This document shows, piece after piece, positions 1-8,474 of a stretch of DNA of 64,000 nucleotides. Source of the stretch: Dehalococcoidia bacterium (GTDB taxonomy: Bacteria; Chloroflexota; Dehalococcoidia; Plut-88900); assembly GCA_965197645.1 (NCBI GenBank), contig OZ240219.1, forward strand, positions 896,001 to 960,000. Direction: 5' to 3'. The position numbers and the translations under genes were made by a program. Each line of letters begins with the position of its first letter. Positions within the stretch are counted from its first letter, which is position 1. Under the pieces are notes generated by a model that did not search any database, was not told the origin of the DNA, and saw nothing but the letters and a program-made list of their open reading frames with translations.

Positions 1-1
1 C

Positions 2-313
2 AGTGGAGTCGTGGAATCGGACCGGAACGAGTTCGGCATGATGGTCCAGTTCTACGATGGCATCGCCATCGGCATCAGCGACTGGGTCTCCGACGCCAAG
101 ACCGTGGGCACCAACAGCGACTGCTCTACAGTCTACGGCCTTCAGTACGGCGAAGGCGGCGTTGCCGGCCTTAGCGGCCCCGGTGGGTTGCAGGTGGAGC
201 GAATCGGGAGCCTCGAGACCCGGGACGCCACCCGCACCAGGGTGAAGTGGTACGTGGCGTTGGCCCTGTTCAACACCCTCAAGCTGGCCAAGCTTACCGG
301 AGTCAGGGACTAG
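2..313 (+). CDS. Phage-like major capsid protein, C-terminal part (gene starts before the window)
   Basis: Open frame from the window start. The C-terminus ...LQVERIGSLETRDATRTRVKWYVALALFNTLKLAKLTGV resembles HK97-fold capsid C-termini; followed by a strong hairpin and structural-type genes. Confidence 0.75.
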   Translation, partial: SGVVESDRNEFGMMVQFYDGIAIGISDWVSDAKTVGTNSDCSTVYGLQYGEGGVAGLSGPGGLQVERIGSLETRDATRTRVKWYVALALFNTLKLAKLTGVRD

Positions 314-332
314 GACGAAGAAGACGAGACAA

Positions 333-362
333 GGGGCGACGCCTCATCGAAGGCGTCGCCCC
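333..362 (+). terminator. Strong hairpin after the capsid gene (terminator or mRNA stability element)
   Basis: Perfect 12-bp stem GGGGCGACGCCT-catcga-AGGCGTCGCCCC; no U-tract, so possibly leaky or stabilising. Confidence 0.6.
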
Positions 363-404
363 GGCGCTTGTCCCCGGCATTGCGGCCGATGAAGAGGAGG
401 AACG

Positions 405-1043
405 ATGACCACGATAACCGATATCAGAGGCAGGGTCCGCACGGACCTCCACGATGAAGACTCGCAGGACTACCGCTGGACCGATGCCGAGCTGGACAGG
501 CACATAGGCCGGGCGGTGAACGAGCTCAGCCTGGCGATCCCCCTGGAGGCGAAGGCTACACTCACCACCGCGGCCGGCAGCAGGGACGTCTCCATAGCCG
601 GTCTCTCGGATCGGGTGGCCGTCGAAGCCGTGGAGTACCCCGCGGGAAAGTATCCGCCGGCCTACGTCAGGTTCAGCATCTGGATGGACACGCTGACCAT
701 GCACATCGATGGCGTCCCCGTGGCCGGTGAGACCGTCGCCGTCCACTACACCAGGCCTCATACCCTGGATGCCGCCGGTTCGACGGTGCCTCCGCCCCTG
801 GAGGAGCTGGTGGCCACCGGCGCAGCCGGCTACGCTGCCCTGGAGTGGGCCAGCTTCGCCACAAACCGGATAAACGTCGGCGGCGAGGAGGTATGTAGGC
901 AGTACCTGGCCTGGGGGCAAGACCGGATCAGCGCGTTTCTGAGTGGCCTGGCGGAACGTGGTCGCAGGAACACGGTCAGGGCACGGAGCCTTTACACCCC
1001 CTCCCGCCTACCCGAGGACAAGACTACGGTGATGGGGCCGTAA
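405..1043 (+). CDS. Putative head-tail adaptor/connector protein
   Basis: 212 aa, RBS GAGGAGG. N-terminus MTTITDIRGRVRTDLHD...RWTDAELDRHIGRAV is typical of phage adaptor proteins; lies directly after the capsid gene. Confidence 0.6.
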   Translation: MTTITDIRGRVRTDLHDEDSQDYRWTDAELDRHIGRAVNELSLAIPLEAKATLTTAAGSRDVSIAGLSDRVAVEAVEYPAGKYPPAYVRFSIWMDTLTMHIDGVPVAGETVAVHYTRPHTLDAAGSTVPPPLEELVATGAAGYAALEWASFATNRINVGGEEVCRQYLAWGQDRISAFLSGLAERGRRNTVRARSLYTPSRLPEDKTTVMGP

Positions 1044-1044
1044 G

Positions 1045-3036
1045 ATGAGGACCCTGTCATCGACTCTTCTGGAAGCCCAGAAAAGCGCTTCCAGCGTGCC
1101 CCACGTGAAGGTAGAAGTGTTCGACCGGATCGGCGGCGTGCCTCGTCTGCGGTTCGAACGGCACTACACCGGCTCCGAGCCCGAGGACTTTCACGCCGCC
1201 ACCATACCCTCGGACGGCTCTCTCATCAGGGCCAGAGTGGCTGGCTCCGGCCGACATTACATCTACTTGCAACGGGTCCCCAATCCCACTCCAACCAGCG
1301 ATTTTGGCTCCTGGACCCGGGCGATTCAGGTCTCCAGTGTCGCCAACATGGCCATCTGCAGCGAGGGTTCCAGAGTGCTGTTGGCCCACGTCTCCTCCAA
1401 CAAGAGGAGCATTTACGCCAGGCAGAGCGATGATAACGGACAGACCTACGGGCACAGCGTCCTGATAGCCACCTCAGCAACATCCGTCAAGTGGATGGCT
1501 GTTGCCCTGAAACCCGATGGTACCGCGTTATTCATCTACACCACGGGCGCTGCCAATCTATACACGTCGAAGCGGACCTCCAGCGGATGGTCGAATCCCA
1601 GGCCGTGGGCCAGCGGGATGTCGGATATCAGCGGCGTCAACGTGGTCTATGACAACGACTGGAACGTGGTCTTGGCCGGCAAGGATAGTCGGGGCAGGCC
1701 CGGCGTGTGGACGGCCATCTATGGAGATGGATCGTCCCGAGCGGCGAACACCTGGTCGAGCCGTAAAAACCTGACCATAGCCGACAACGGTTCCGGTCTC
1801 ACCTTCGAGTCCCCCTTCATCGCCAAGCCCGGCTCCTATCGGGTCACCTTCGTCGAACGATACAGGGGGTCCTCCTCCTACGATCTGCCGTTTCTCTCTT
1901 TCACCATGCCCAACTCCGGTTTCTCCAGTAACTTGTGGCGAGAACCCGTCCCCCTCAATCTCACCAGTACGAGGGGTATAGCCGTAGCCCACGGCGCCGA
2001 TCGGGTCTGGCTCTCTACCCCCTCCGGAGTGTGGTCGGCTGTGCGAGACGCAGCGCCCCTGGACATCAGCCAGGACGTGCTGAGCGTCAAACAGTCTCTA
2101 TCGGCCTACTCCGGTGAGATGAAGATGGAGCTGCGCAATGATGATGGGAAATACAACAGCGTCGGCGCCGGCCCCCTGGACATGCTGCAAAAAGGATCGG
2201 AGATACGGCTGGGCCTTGGCTATCGTACCAGCGCCGGTATCGAGGTCTCCTCCGGGTCCACCGTTTGGATAGAGAGCTGGGAATACCGGCGTCACGGCGG
2301 GAGGTCCACCATAGCTATCACCGCCAGGGACTGGTGGGGACTGTTGGAGACCTGGAAGGCTCGCAGGCAGTTCACCTGGGCGGAGGGCGACAGCAACGTT
2401 GCACCTCTCCTGGCCGCCGTTCTGGCCCGCGCAGGACTGGGGTTTGTCCCCGGAGCCTCGGTAAGCGCCGCCATGTCCAGCCACTCTCCGTCGTTCACCA
2501 TACATCCCGGGGAGTCTGCGGCTACGGCCGTGAAGCGTCTGCTATCGATGGTGCCGGACGTGGTGTTCTTCTCCTTTACGAGGTGCACCTCTCTCAACCC
2601 CCGCGCCTCCGACCCCAGCGCCTACAGCTACGGCACCGACCACCCGGTCCTGGAGTCCCGACACCGAGACCCGGCGCCTGAATTCAACCGGGTGCAGGTC
2701 TTCGGCGCATCCGTATTCAACGAGAGCTATGACTGGACCGACATGCACCTGGTCTATGATCGACTCAGGCAGGTACACGACCTCAATCTGAACACCTCGC
2801 AAAAGGCCGTCGCCCAGGTGGCCAGGGAACTGAGGCACCAGACAATGAGCAGCGACCGGGGCGAGATCACCGTCCCCGCCAACGCCGGTCAGGAGCTCTA
2901 CGACGTCGTGGACGTGACCGATCCGGCGGCCGGCATGCAGGCGATCAAGCGGCGGGTCATGGGCCTCCGCACCGAGTACCGGACGAATGGCAACCGGCCC
3001 GGATTTACCCAGACCCTGTATCTGGGCAATGTGTAA
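1045..3036 (+). CDS. Putative phage tail/baseplate protein (beta-rich N-terminus with Asp-box; hub-like C-terminus)
   Basis: 663 aa, starts 1 nt after the upstream stop. Asp-box-like SDDNGQTY; C-terminus (GEITVPANAGQELYDVVDVTD...RRVMGL...QTLYLG) resembles tail hub proteins. Confidence 0.55.
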   Translation: MRTLSSTLLEAQKSASSVPHVKVEVFDRIGGVPRLRFERHYTGSEPEDFHAATIPSDGSLIRARVAGSGRHYIYLQRVPNPTPTSDFGSWTRAIQVSSVANMAICSEGSRVLLAHVSSNKRSIYARQSDDNGQTYGHSVLIATSATSVKWMAVALKPDGTALFIYTTGAANLYTSKRTSSGWSNPRPWASGMSDISGVNVVYDNDWNVVLAGKDSRGRPGVWTAIYGDGSSRAANTWSSRKNLTIADNGSGLTFESPFIAKPGSYRVTFVERYRGSSSYDLPFLSFTMPNSGFSSNLWREPVPLNLTSTRGIAVAHGADRVWLSTPSGVWSAVRDAAPLDISQDVLSVKQSLSAYSGEMKMELRNDDGKYNSVGAGPLDMLQKGSEIRLGLGYRTSAGIEVSSGSTVWIESWEYRRHGGRSTIAITARDWWGLLETWKARRQFTWAEGDSNVAPLLAAVLARAGLGFVPGASVSAAMSSHSPSFTIHPGESAATAVKRLLSMVPDVVFFSFTRCTSLNPRASDPSAYSYGTDHPVLESRHRDPAPEFNRVQVFGASVFNESYDWTDMHLVYDRLRQVHDLNLNTSQKAVAQVARELRHQTMSSDRGEITVPANAGQELYDVVDVTDPAAGMQAIKRRVMGLRTEYRTNGNRPGFTQTLYLGNV

Positions 3037-3132
3037 AGAAGGCGTTCCAGGCTTCCTAGCCTTGAGCCCGACTTGGGCTCGCCGAAGTATGGGTGTCTGG
3101 GCCTTGGTCGACGACTTGGAAGGAGAGTACCA

Positions 3133-3345
3133 ATGCAGACCAGAAAAGGCGTCATAAAGGGTTTCAACTCAAGCAGCTATCTGGCCACGGTGCAGATCTC
3201 CGGCAGCCTCTCGGTCTGGCTGGAGGGCGTTCCCGTAGCCCGAAACATCCCATCGGGGCAGATGGTGACCGGCAGGAACTGCGCAGTCCTCTTCTTCGAT
3301 CCCAGCAACCCCAAAGACGGCGTGGTAACGGCAGTGTACACCTGA
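3133..3345 (+). CDS. Small OB-fold-like protein, possible tail spike/baseplate component
   Basis: 70 aa from ATG 3133 with RBS AGGAG. KGVIKGFNSSSYLATVQ...WLEGVPVA...GRNCAVLF resembles the N-terminal OB fold of gpV/gp5-type proteins. Confidence 0.5.
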   Translation: MQTRKGVIKGFNSSSYLATVQISGSLSVWLEGVPVARNIPSGQMVTGRNCAVLFFDPSNPKDGVVTAVYT

Positions 3346-3373
3346 TCGCCACCCCGCTCGCTCCCTACTCCCG

Positions 3374-3424
3374 TGCTATAATGCCCGAGCCGTGGCGTTG
3401 AGGGCGTTCCTGAAAGGAGCGCCC
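3374..3424 (+). promoter_or_regulatory. Extended -10 promoter (TGCTATAAT) followed by a hairpin upstream of the MFS gene
   Basis: TGnTATAAT at 3374-3382; stem GGGCGTTCCT/AGGAGCGCCC at 3402-3424. Confidence 0.45.
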
Positions 3425-3472
3425 GATTTTCATTGTGAACTATAGGCGAGTACGCTCCGGCGCGGAGTTCCC

Positions 3473-4723
3473 TTGCAGCGTCCCGTAGATCGGCCCTCGG
3501 CCTACCGGTGGGTCATCGTATTTTCGCTCACTTCATCGGTGGGCACCACCCTCTCTATTCTGTTCATCCTGGGACTACTCCTACCCGAGATATCAAAAGA
3601 TCTGGACCTTTCGCCCTCTAAACAAGGCTGGCTGGGTTCCTCGGTACTGCTGGCAAACCTGTTCCTGTGCATACCCAGCAACCTGGTCACATCCAGGTTC
3701 AAGCCCAGACGTACCGTAACCCTGCTCTTCATCTGCATAGGAGGGTTCACGTTGCTCCAGGGGTGGGCGTCCGCTTTGGCAGTCCTCATCGTGGGACGGG
3801 TCTTATGCGGGGTCTGCTTCACGGCCACCCAGTCGCCCAGGGCGACGCTGATACAGCAGTGGACCCCTCGTCACCGGCTCCCCTTTACCAACGGCGTGAT
3901 CTTCGCCGGCATAGACCTGATTATGGGACTGGCCCTGTTCTTGACCCCCCAGATTCAGGACTGGGTGGGCGGCTGGCAGAACACACTTTACGTCTGGGGA
4001 GCCATATCCTTGGCCCTCACCGTCGTATGGCTGTTGGTCGGAAGGGAGAGGGAGACCGCCGAGTTCACGGCGCGGATGCGATCTCAAACCCAGGCTCCCC
4101 TCAAGGGGGTGCTGAAGTATAAACAGCTGTGGATCATGGGCTTCGGCATGATGGGCGCCATGCTGGGCCAGACCGCCTTGCAGACCTTCTGGCCGACCCT
4201 GGCCGAAAAGGAGTTGGGAGTAACACCGACCATCGTTGGCCTCGCTCTGGGCATGACCACCCTCGCTGCCGCACCCACCGATTTTCTGGTCAATGCAGTA
4301 CCCACCCTCGTCCGAAGGCAGACGATAATACTGGCCGTCGGTGGGTTGATGTCCACCGGCATCTTCCTGGCCCTCCTCTACGTAGAGTCCGAACCGCTGA
4401 TCGTCCTGCTGAGCGTATTTAAGGGGTTCTCCTTCTCTTTCTTCCCGGTACTGATGATAATGGTGTTTCTGCTGCCGGGAATCAAACCGCGAGAGGTGGG
4501 CTTGGGGCTGGCATTCATGGAGACCTCCATCTGGGTCGGGTCCGCCATCGGCCCCCTGTTGGTCGGGTTCCTGCAGGAGGCCACCGATAACCTTCGCTTC
4601 GCACTTACGGTGTCCTCCTTCTCCCCCCTATCCCTGATCATAGCGGCCTTCTTGATTCAAGCTGTACGGCGTTCCACTCCATCGGAGATACCCGCCGGCA
4701 CCCTGGCCAAAACGGGCTCGTGA
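3473..4723 (+). CDS. MFS transporter
   Basis: 416 aa, about 12 hydrophobic segments, MFS-like spacing (ISKDLDLSPSKQGWLGS, GSAIGPLLVGFL). Confidence 0.85.
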   Translation: MQRPVDRPSAYRWVIVFSLTSSVGTTLSILFILGLLLPEISKDLDLSPSKQGWLGSSVLLANLFLCIPSNLVTSRFKPRRTVTLLFICIGGFTLLQGWASALAVLIVGRVLCGVCFTATQSPRATLIQQWTPRHRLPFTNGVIFAGIDLIMGLALFLTPQIQDWVGGWQNTLYVWGAISLALTVVWLLVGRERETAEFTARMRSQTQAPLKGVLKYKQLWIMGFGMMGAMLGQTALQTFWPTLAEKELGVTPTIVGLALGMTTLAAAPTDFLVNAVPTLVRRQTIILAVGGLMSTGIFLALLYVESEPLIVLLSVFKGFSFSFFPVLMIMVFLLPGIKPREVGLGLAFMETSIWVGSAIGPLLVGFLQEATDNLRFALTVSSFSPLSLIIAAFLIQAVRRSTPSEIPAGTLAKTGS

Positions 4724-4789
4724 TATAATCGGAACGTTCGGGGGCGTTCCCAAAGCGGGGGACGCCCAGTTTCAATTCTGGAGCTAATC

Positions 4790-5578
4790 ATGAGGTTGGA
4801 GGGCAAGGTCGCAATCGTAACCGGAGCCACCTCGGGCATCGGCAGGGGCACAGCCGAGCTGTTCGCCAGGGAAGGGGCCCGGGTCGTGGTGGTGGGACGT
4901 ACTGAGCAGGCCGGCGAAAGGGTGGTCGAAGGGATCCGGTCTAGTGGAGGCCAGGCGATTTTCGTCAGGGCCGATGTTGCCGTGTCCGAAGACGTGCAGC
5001 GTATGATAGCCGGCACCATCGAGGCCTACGGCAAGCTGGATGTCCTTTTCAACAATGCCGGTATGAGTGACCGGGGCAAGGTCGCCGACCAGTCCGAGGA
5101 TGAATGGCACAGGATAGTGGCCGTCAATCTGACGGGGACCTTTCTCTGCATGAAGTACGCCGTGCCGGAGATGATAAAGGCCGGTGGCGGCTCCATCATC
5201 AACAACTCGTCCATGTGGGCCATATCCGCCACCCACAGGTGCTCCGGCGCCTACGCCGCCTCCAAAGCCGGGGTGATCATGCTCGGCAAGCAGGCCGCTC
5301 TCCACTACGCCCCGAACAAAATCCGGGTCAACAGTATCCTGCCGGGCGACGTTGCCAAGACCGGCCACGACGTCGATGAGGAGTACTACCGAGATCCTGA
5401 GGTAGTGAGGAGACTCGAAGGGATGCAGCCGCTGCCGGTGATGGCCACTCCGACGGAGATCGCCTACTCCGCTCTCTACCTGGCCTCCGACGAGTCCTCC
5501 TTCGTAACCGGGGCCAGCCTCGTCATAGACGGGGGCATGACCAGCGCCGAGATCGTGGCCGGCAGGACCACCGGTTGA
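4790..5578 (+). CDS. Short-chain dehydrogenase/reductase (SDR)
   Basis: TGATSGIG, NNAG and YAASK motifs. Confidence 0.95.
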   Translation: MRLEGKVAIVTGATSGIGRGTAELFAREGARVVVVGRTEQAGERVVEGIRSSGGQAIFVRADVAVSEDVQRMIAGTIEAYGKLDVLFNNAGMSDRGKVADQSEDEWHRIVAVNLTGTFLCMKYAVPEMIKAGGGSIINNSSMWAISATHRCSGAYAASKAGVIMLGKQAALHYAPNKIRVNSILPGDVAKTGHDVDEEYYRDPEVVRRLEGMQPLPVMATPTEIAYSALYLASDESSFVTGASLVIDGGMTSAEIVAGRTTG

Positions 5579-5648
5579 ACAGCCTTCCCACCGGTTGACG
5601 GTCCACAACGCCGGTCCCTTTGCCCACATCCTAGAGCAGACATCCTTT

Positions 5649-7595
5649 ATGAAGCTCTCCCGTATCCATCTGGTTCTCCCTTCGCTGGCAGTTTTGGTCT
5701 TGGCTCTGGCCTGCGGCTCCGGTGCACCGGGGGTCGTCTCAACCCCTACCATCGAACCCGCTGAAGACTCGGTGGAGGGCGCAATCGAGGTATCCTTTCC
5801 CGACATTCCCACCCCACCCGACCTCGACCTGTATGCCCTCGCCGAAGCCTTTGGGCTGAGCCCGGATGGGGCCATCCCCCGCCTGACCGCCATCGATCCC
5901 CATGACGAGGCGATAGGCGTCCAGCGGACGTTCTGGATCGTCGACCTGGACGAGCGGGAACCCCTCCAGGTCTCTGCAACCCTGCGATACATCAGCCCCC
6001 ACCTCTACATGTACGTCGAAGATGGACGAGGGGTATCGGAGGAGGACCTCGCCGAGGCTGCCCAGGAGTTCGAGGAGGTGATCTACCCCGCTATGGCTGC
6101 TCGATTTGGCGGTCTGCCGGACGCCGGAGACGACGGCGCCGGACGCCTTACGGTGCTCCACGCTCGCATTCCCGCCGTGGCGGGCTACTACAATCCGGCC
6201 GATGAGTATCCCTCCTTGATAAACCGCTACAGCAACGAACGGCGAATGATGTACATCAACCTGGACGCCGCCTGGCCCGGGACGGCCTACTACTCCTCGG
6301 TGCTGACCCACGAGCTTCAGCATGCTATCCACGCCGCGGCCGATCCCACAGAGGAGGGATGGATCAACGAAGGACTGTCGACCCTCTCGGAGGAGATCGT
6401 TGACCCGCAAGTGACATGGTATCTGTACTACAGAGACGAGCCGGACACCCAGCTTACCGGCTGGGGGGTCGACCCGGGCACTTCCGGCAAACACTACGGC
6501 GCAGCCTATCTGTTCATGAAGTACTTCAGCCAGCACTATGGCGGCCCGGAAGCGGACGGTGGGATCAGCGCCCTGGTCTCCCATCAGGCCGACGGCATCG
6601 AAGGAATCAACGCCTACCTCTCCGAAAGCGGATACGAAACCGACTTCGAAAAGGTGTTCAAGGACTGGGTCGTGGCCAACTACCTGGACAAAGCGGAGGG
6701 CGGTATCCACAGCTACGAGGACCTGGATTTCCGGCTGCCCACGACCAGGAGGGCAACCGACTACGGGCGCATCTCGGGGGCGGTGCCCCAGTATGCCGCT
6801 CACTATGTGGCCGTGAGCCTGAAACAAGGCAGCGCCCGCATAGTGTTCCACGGCACTCCACAAACGAGACTCCTGCATAACCAGGCTCACAGCGGCAGCT
6901 GGCAGTGGTGGAGCAACCAGGGCGATGCCATCAACTCCACCCTCACCCGTGAGGTGGACCTGCTCGGCCACAGCGAGGCCAGCCTGGATTTCTGGGCCTG
7001 GTACGATATCGAAGATGACTTCGATTTCGCCTACGTGGTGGCCTCAACCGACGGGGGCCGCACCTGGGATATCCTTCGGGGAGACCACTCCACCGACGAT
7101 ACTCTCTTGGGCAATAGCTTCGGACCTTCCTACTCGGGCGTCAGCGGGGACGGAGAGAACCCCCAGTGGGTGTTCGAGAGCATAGACCTGTCCCCCTACG
7201 CCGGTCGAAAGGTCCTGGTCCGGTTCCAGTACGTCACAGACGGAGCCGTCAACATTCGCGGCCTGGCCATCGACGACATCTCCATCTCCGCCGTCGGATT
7301 CGAGGATGATGTCGAACATGGGGACGACGGGTGGATTGCGGAAGGGTTCGTCCGCATCCCGGACCTGGTGCCCCAAAGCTTCTCCGTTCAGGCCATCCAC
7401 TTTGGCGATACGGTCTCAGTTAGCGAGGTCCCCCTTTCGGCCGGGCAACGGGGCGAGCTGACGGTCCACGGCTTCGGCAGCGAGATCGATGAGGTGGTGC
7501 TGGTGATAGCGGGGACCACTCCCTTCACCAACGAGCTCGCCTCCTACTACGTTTCGGTCCTGCCCGTCTTAGATCCGGGTAGTGCCTCGTTTTGA
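5649..7595 (+). CDS. Lipoprotein zinc metallopeptidase (M30-like HExxH domain plus immune inhibitor A-like C-terminal domain)
   Basis: Lipobox LALAC; HELQH...WINEGLS; WYDIEDDFDFAYV...STDGGRTW...RFQYVTD. The last 5 residues and stop codon come from the transposon's left IR. Confidence 0.85.
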   Translation: MKLSRIHLVLPSLAVLVLALACGSGAPGVVSTPTIEPAEDSVEGAIEVSFPDIPTPPDLDLYALAEAFGLSPDGAIPRLTAIDPHDEAIGVQRTFWIVDLDEREPLQVSATLRYISPHLYMYVEDGRGVSEEDLAEAAQEFEEVIYPAMAARFGGLPDAGDDGAGRLTVLHARIPAVAGYYNPADEYPSLINRYSNERRMMYINLDAAWPGTAYYSSVLTHELQHAIHAAADPTEEGWINEGLSTLSEEIVDPQVTWYLYYRDEPDTQLTGWGVDPGTSGKHYGAAYLFMKYFSQHYGGPEADGGISALVSHQADGIEGINAYLSESGYETDFEKVFKDWVVANYLDKAEGGIHSYEDLDFRLPTTRRATDYGRISGAVPQYAAHYVAVSLKQGSARIVFHGTPQTRLLHNQAHSGSWQWWSNQGDAINSTLTREVDLLGHSEASLDFWAWYDIEDDFDFAYVVASTDGGRTWDILRGDHSTDDTLLGNSFGPSYSGVSGDGENPQWVFESIDLSPYAGRKVLVRFQYVTDGAVNIRGLAIDDISISAVGFEDDVEHGDDGWIAEGFVRIPDLVPQSFSVQAIHFGDTVSVSEVPLSAGQRGELTVHGFGSEIDEVVLVIAGTTPFTNELASYYVSVLPVLDPGSASF

Positions 7596-7596
7596 A
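7570..7596 (+). repeat. Left target-site duplication (7570-7577) and left terminal inverted repeat (7578-7596)
   Basis: TAGATCCG|GGTAGTGCCTCGTTTTGAA read directly from the sequence. Confidence 0.92.
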
Positions 7597-7629
7597 TTGC
7601 TCACGCCTCGCTCCGCTAGCTATAGGGTG

Positions 7630-7658
7630 TTGACAAACTATAACGGCCCACTTACGAT
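7630..7658 (+). promoter_or_regulatory. sigma70-like promoter inside the left end of the element
   Basis: TTGACA-17 nt-TACGAT. Confidence 0.6.
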
Positions 7659-7692
7659 TGACACGTGCATTAGCTGGGGTGAGGAAGGACAC

Positions 7693-7890
7693 ATGACCAC
7701 CATTGAACAACGAGTTGGTCAGCTAGAGGGTGCTTATCAACACCTTGCAACCAAGGAAGACGTGGCAGGGTTGAAATCTGAACTGAAAGGCGACCTGCTC
7801 AATGTTGTCATCAAGTTGGCTGGTTTACAGCTTCTCGGTATAGGCGCAGTCGCCGCCATAATGCACTTCCTGGGAGGAGGGGGGTCATAA
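7693..7890 (+). CDS. Small coiled-coil protein with C-terminal TM helix (DUF1640/CCDC90-like)
   Basis: 65 aa from ATG 7693, RBS GAGGAAGG; LATKEDV motif followed by a hydrophobic tail. Confidence 0.65.
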   Translation: MTTIEQRVGQLEGAYQHLATKEDVAGLKSELKGDLLNVVIKLAGLQLLGIGAVAAIMHFLGGGGS

Positions 7891-7892
7891 TC

Positions 7893-8138
7893 ATGCGAGG
7901 ACCTAACGGAGAAAAGAGACCTAGGGACCCCATCGCCCGTGCTGTCATGGTAGCAAAGATAGCTACTGGCGAGATTGAAGAACAGCTGCCATCTAAGCGG
8001 CGCAACGGCGGCCTGAAAGGCGGCCCTGCCCGTGCTAAGGCCCTCAGCCCAGAGCGGCGCAGGGAGATAGCAAAAAAGGCTGGTTTGTCGCAAAAGAAAA
8101 ACTTGACTGCGGAGGAGAAGGGCGGAATCGAACCGTAA
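7893..8138 (+). CDS. Small basic protein (GEKRP...IATGE...KGGxARA...RREIA type), often seen beside IS1-like transposases
   Basis: 81 aa, Lys/Arg-rich, KGG-like motif; the association with transposases is recalled knowledge, not searched. Confidence 0.7.
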   Translation: MRGPNGEKRPRDPIARAVMVAKIATGEIEEQLPSKRRNGGLKGGPARAKALSPERRREIAKKAGLSQKKNLTAEEKGGIEP

Positions 8139-8204
8139 TGCTAGGTTGAGCTAGCGATTCGGGGGGTCTCATCCCCCGTCCCGTCCAACGGGCAACCCTC
8201 TCTC

Positions 8205-8230
8205 AAGGCCCTGGCTTAGTCCAGGGCCTT
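8205..8230 (+). terminator. Hairpin/terminator after the first cargo operon
   Basis: 10-bp stem AAGGCCCTGG-cttagt-CCAGGGCCTT. Confidence 0.6.
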
Positions 8231-8258
8231 CCCTATTCTATCAACCCCCTATACGGTA

Positions 8259-8288
8259 TTGACAAGCTGAGAAGCCTGAACGTAAGGT
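8259..8288 (+). promoter_or_regulatory. sigma70-like promoter of the second cargo operon
   Basis: TTGACA-18 nt-TAAGGT. Confidence 0.5.
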
Positions 8289-8290
8289 GT

Positions 8291-8470
8291 ACGCGACTTG
8301 ACGGTCATTCGTGTCGTAATCCGGCTGGGCATTCGAGGCAAGGTAAGCCAGAGGGATTTCGCCCTTTCATGCCCCCTCTGGCCCTGCCGGGTTGCGGATG
8401 ACCGTCAAGCACCGAAATCCTGATGGCTCGGAGGGGGCACCAGCTTGTCCCCTTCGCACAAAGGGGGCAC
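8291..8470 (+). ncRNA. Highly structured, potentially bistable 5' leader RNA
   Basis: Mutually exclusive helices: 8297-8309/8397-8409 versus 8370-8383/8425-8439; anti-RBS 8446-8454 can pair with 8431-8439 or with the RBS 8461-8469. Confidence 0.6.
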
Positions 8471-8474
8471 GTGC

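Noticed and set aside
8108-8136. tRNA-like 3' end on the minus strand (GGTTCGATTCCGCCCTTCTCCTCCG), possible att remnant
   Set aside because: T-stem pairs only 3 bp, no CCA, no D or anticodon arms upstream, and it lies within a coding sequence; not called as a tRNA or att site.
8297-8409. 6S RNA (long rod with internal loop)
   Set aside because: Shorter than typical 6S, asymmetric loop, inside a transposon and directly coupled to an RBS; better explained as a leader switch.
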